The position numbers and the translations under genes are program-made. Shown here one piece after another: positions 61,062 to 64,000 of a stretch of 64,000 nucleotides of DNA (the stretch's first letter is position 1; each line of letters opens with the position of its first letter). Under the pieces are notes generated by a model. The model saw only the letters and a list, made by a program, of their open reading frames with translations. It ran no database searches and was not told where the DNA came from. The stretch lies in the NCBI RefSeq assembly GCF_963921235.1, contig NC_086107.1, positions 99,698,001-99,762,000 of the forward strand, in the 5' to 3' direction. The DNA comes from Mobula hypostoma. Lineage: Eukaryota.

Positions 61062-63261
61062 GTGACCACAATTCATGCCCACTTCTGTGACTTTTGCCAC
61101 AATTATAATCTCACACTTTATCATTTACCTGTACAGCACTTTCCCTGCAGCTGTTACACTTTATTCTGTGTTGTTATTGGTTTTCCTTGTACTACCTCAA
61201 CGCACTGTGCAATAATCTGATCTGTAGCCAAGAAGGTGGCGAATCTATGGAATTTGTTGCCACAGGCAGCAGTGCAGGCCAAGTCATTGTGTGTATTTAA
61301 GGCAGAGATTGATAGGTATCTGAGTAGCCAGGACATCAAAGGTTGTGGTGAGAAGGCGGGGGAGTGGGACTAAATGGGGGAATGGATTAGCTCATGATAA
61401 AATGGCAGAGCAGACTCGATGGGCCGAATGGCCGACTTCTGCTCCTTTGTCTTATGTATGAAGTCTCCAAGACAAGTTTTTCACTGTGCCTCAGTACACG
61501 TGACAATAGTAAACCAATTGCAATTCCAACAAACCTTTAAAGAACAGGTTTAATTTAGATTACGAAGACACGCAGTCCTTTTTTATTGTCATTTAGTAAT
61601 GCATGCATTAAGAAATGATACAATATTTCCTCCGGTGTGATATCACAAAACACAGGACAGACCAAGACTGAAAAAACTAACAAAACCACATAATTATAAC
61701 ATATAGTTACAACAGTGTAACAATACCATAACTTGATGAAGTCCATGAGCACAGTAAAAAGTTCAAATTCTCTCAAATGTCCCACATCTCACGCAGACGG
61801 GAGAAGGAAGAAAAACTCTCCCTGCCATGCCGACCACAGTCCGACTCTGAGTCATCCGAAAACTTTGAGCCTCCGATCAGCTCTCCGACACCGAGTACTG
61901 AGCGCCATCTCTGTCCGAACGTTTCGACCTCAATCTCGGTCGCCAACAGCAGGCAAAGCCAGGGATTTTGAGGCCTTCCCTCCAGAAGATTCACGATCGC
62001 GCAGTAACGACAGCAGCGAACGGGCGTTTCAGAAATTTCTCCAGATGTTCCTCTGTGCTTTCACGTCCGTCTCCAACAAATCAGAATTTTCCACGGCCCC
62101 TATGTAACGGATATGGTATCATTTTCACCGGAGGGCTGCGCACGCAGTCAATGAAATGTCAAATGGAAGTCTAAGCACTGAGTTACGATGGTAATCCATC
62201 GTCATTGGATTTCGATGGACAACCGAAGATCAGGACGGAACAAACTGGGTAGAATCATGGGACATCAGTTGGGGAAAAGTGGATCAATTTTCATTGCTTA
62301 GATGGTGGGGAGAATTTGCCATAATTGCCATAAACCAATTTCTGGCAGGATCAATAAAACATATCTGCTATGAATTTGCTATAATTTCTCCCTGAGGGGA
62401 TGAAGGAGACGGGTCAAGATCTCCCCCCATCACGAGAGACAGAGGGAGTTCCCACCTTCTCCCCATCCCAAAAATTGCGTGATTTATAAATTGGTAGCAG
62501 AGCAAGATCTTAAACTTGTACCACACTCTGTTCTAATCGGCCTTCCGTCTTTTACCTCCAGATGATTGAACATTATTGCCCAGAATAAATCCTACTTTTT
62601 ATATAGTTGACGTGAAGTATCTCATGACTTGTTTCTCATTACGTAAAAATCATTCAGTTTAATTGATATTATCCATTTCCAAAACTGTTTGCTCATTTCA
62701 ACATTTGCATATTTCCAGCAATTCACCAATCATTGAGTGAAAACGGAAAAGGCTTTGAATGGCTTATTCTATTGCCAATTTACACGCAAGTAGCATCACC
62801 GATATTTAATGGGACACTAACCTCACCTTTTTTGTGATTGTCTTCTGGTGACAGCTCTGACCAGCTGAATGGCGAGACCCTGTGGTGTGCGGATCAGCTG
62901 ATGTCAAATGTTGCTGAGCTAGTTAAGCAATACACTAAACTTTAGACCCCAACCCGCGTTCCGTGGACCCCTTGCTTAATGGTATTGGCCCATGGCTTTA
63001 GAAAGGTTGGGAACCCCTGCGAGCGCAGGCGAACTGATGTCTTGCTGTCATTCGGAAACTCCTTGCCGAGTTTCGGCAGCGATTGTAGGTCCACTCTCGC
63101 CTAAGCTGGGCAGGAGTAGACCACCCGGTCACTCAAGTGGGCTCAACCATTGACTATGATCATCTCAGCTCGTCTTCTGTGTCAGTTTCCATAACCCTCA
63201 ATTGCCTAAAACAAAACTTCAGTGACTGACTCTCCATTGTCTGGAGTACTGTATAGGATTA

Positions 63262-63500
63262 CAATAGACAATAGGTGCAGGAGTAGGCCATTCAGCCCTT
63301 CGAGCCAGCACCGCCATTCACTGTGATCATGGCTGATCATCCACAATCAGTACCCTTTTCCTGCCTTCTCCCCATATCCCTTCACTCTGCTATCTTTAAG
63401 AGCTCTATCTCTTTTTTGAAAAAATCCAGAGAATTGGCCTCCACTGCCTTCTGGGGCAGAGCATTCCACAGAACCACAACCCTCTGTGTGAAAAAGTGAT
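63262..63500 (-). mobile_element. CR1 3' fragment related to 5958-6297
   Basis: The reverse complement matches about 6100-6297. Confidence 0.8.
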
Positions 63501-64000
63501 TACGGTGATTTCCCACCGGCCGTAGGAAGAAGTTGTTAAGTACCTCATATTGTAAATAGCCGGCTGCTAGTGTAGTGCCAGGCGCACCGGCGAGTGGGAG
63601 CGGTCCCGGGTTTGAATCCCGCCGGCTCCCTGCACGCTTTCCACACGCACTAGGTTCCGCGTCGAGCTACAGACAACAGGCAAAGGAAACGGCGCGGGTA
63701 GGACCACCACAAATAATCATTTGTAAATAACCGCCTCCTCACCTTGTAACTAAATCCCATCACATTCAAAGAGCACTTTGACAGCAGAACATATAGTAAC
63801 ATTTTTATTTTTTAAGAAAATACAAATTCACAGAAGCAACGTATTGATTTAAAAAAAAAGCAGTAAGATTTTTTTTGCTGAAGAAGACATCTTTCAGCAC
63901 CCAATCAATCACCATACATATTTAATTCTTCCGCCACCCTCACAGCACGGCAGTTTTACTGTGGCGTGAACAACAATCTCAGTGCCTTAGTAAGTGTTTT

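Overview
Repeat-dense vertebrate genomic DNA. The mix of V-SINE/HE1-like SINEs, CR1, Rex1/Babar-like, RTE and Penelope elements suggests a cartilaginous fish such as a ray (inference). The only host gene I recognise is the 3' part of a serine hydrolase-like gene (SERHL/SERHL2, + strand): five phase-consistent exons at 7357-16917, ending in GGHHVH...PKL*. Most of the rest is transposons. The main structure is a multi-layer nest at about 23.5-33.5 kb. A LINE 3' region holds a SINE, a Tc1 element (itself split by a young CR1) and a non-autonomous Helitron. The Helitron holds an RTE fragment, which holds a Gmr1-like SCAN-gag LTR retrotransposon with near-identical LTRs but a collapsed pol. Also present are a related solo LTR, a full-length RTE inside a Tx1-like LINE, a Penelope element carrying a minimal hammerhead ribozyme motif, a 67-bp hAT MITE, two G-rich satellites and low-confidence candidate small spliced ORFs near the right end. 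All calls were made by eye. No database search was possible, so novelty is unproven and many repeat boundaries are approximate.
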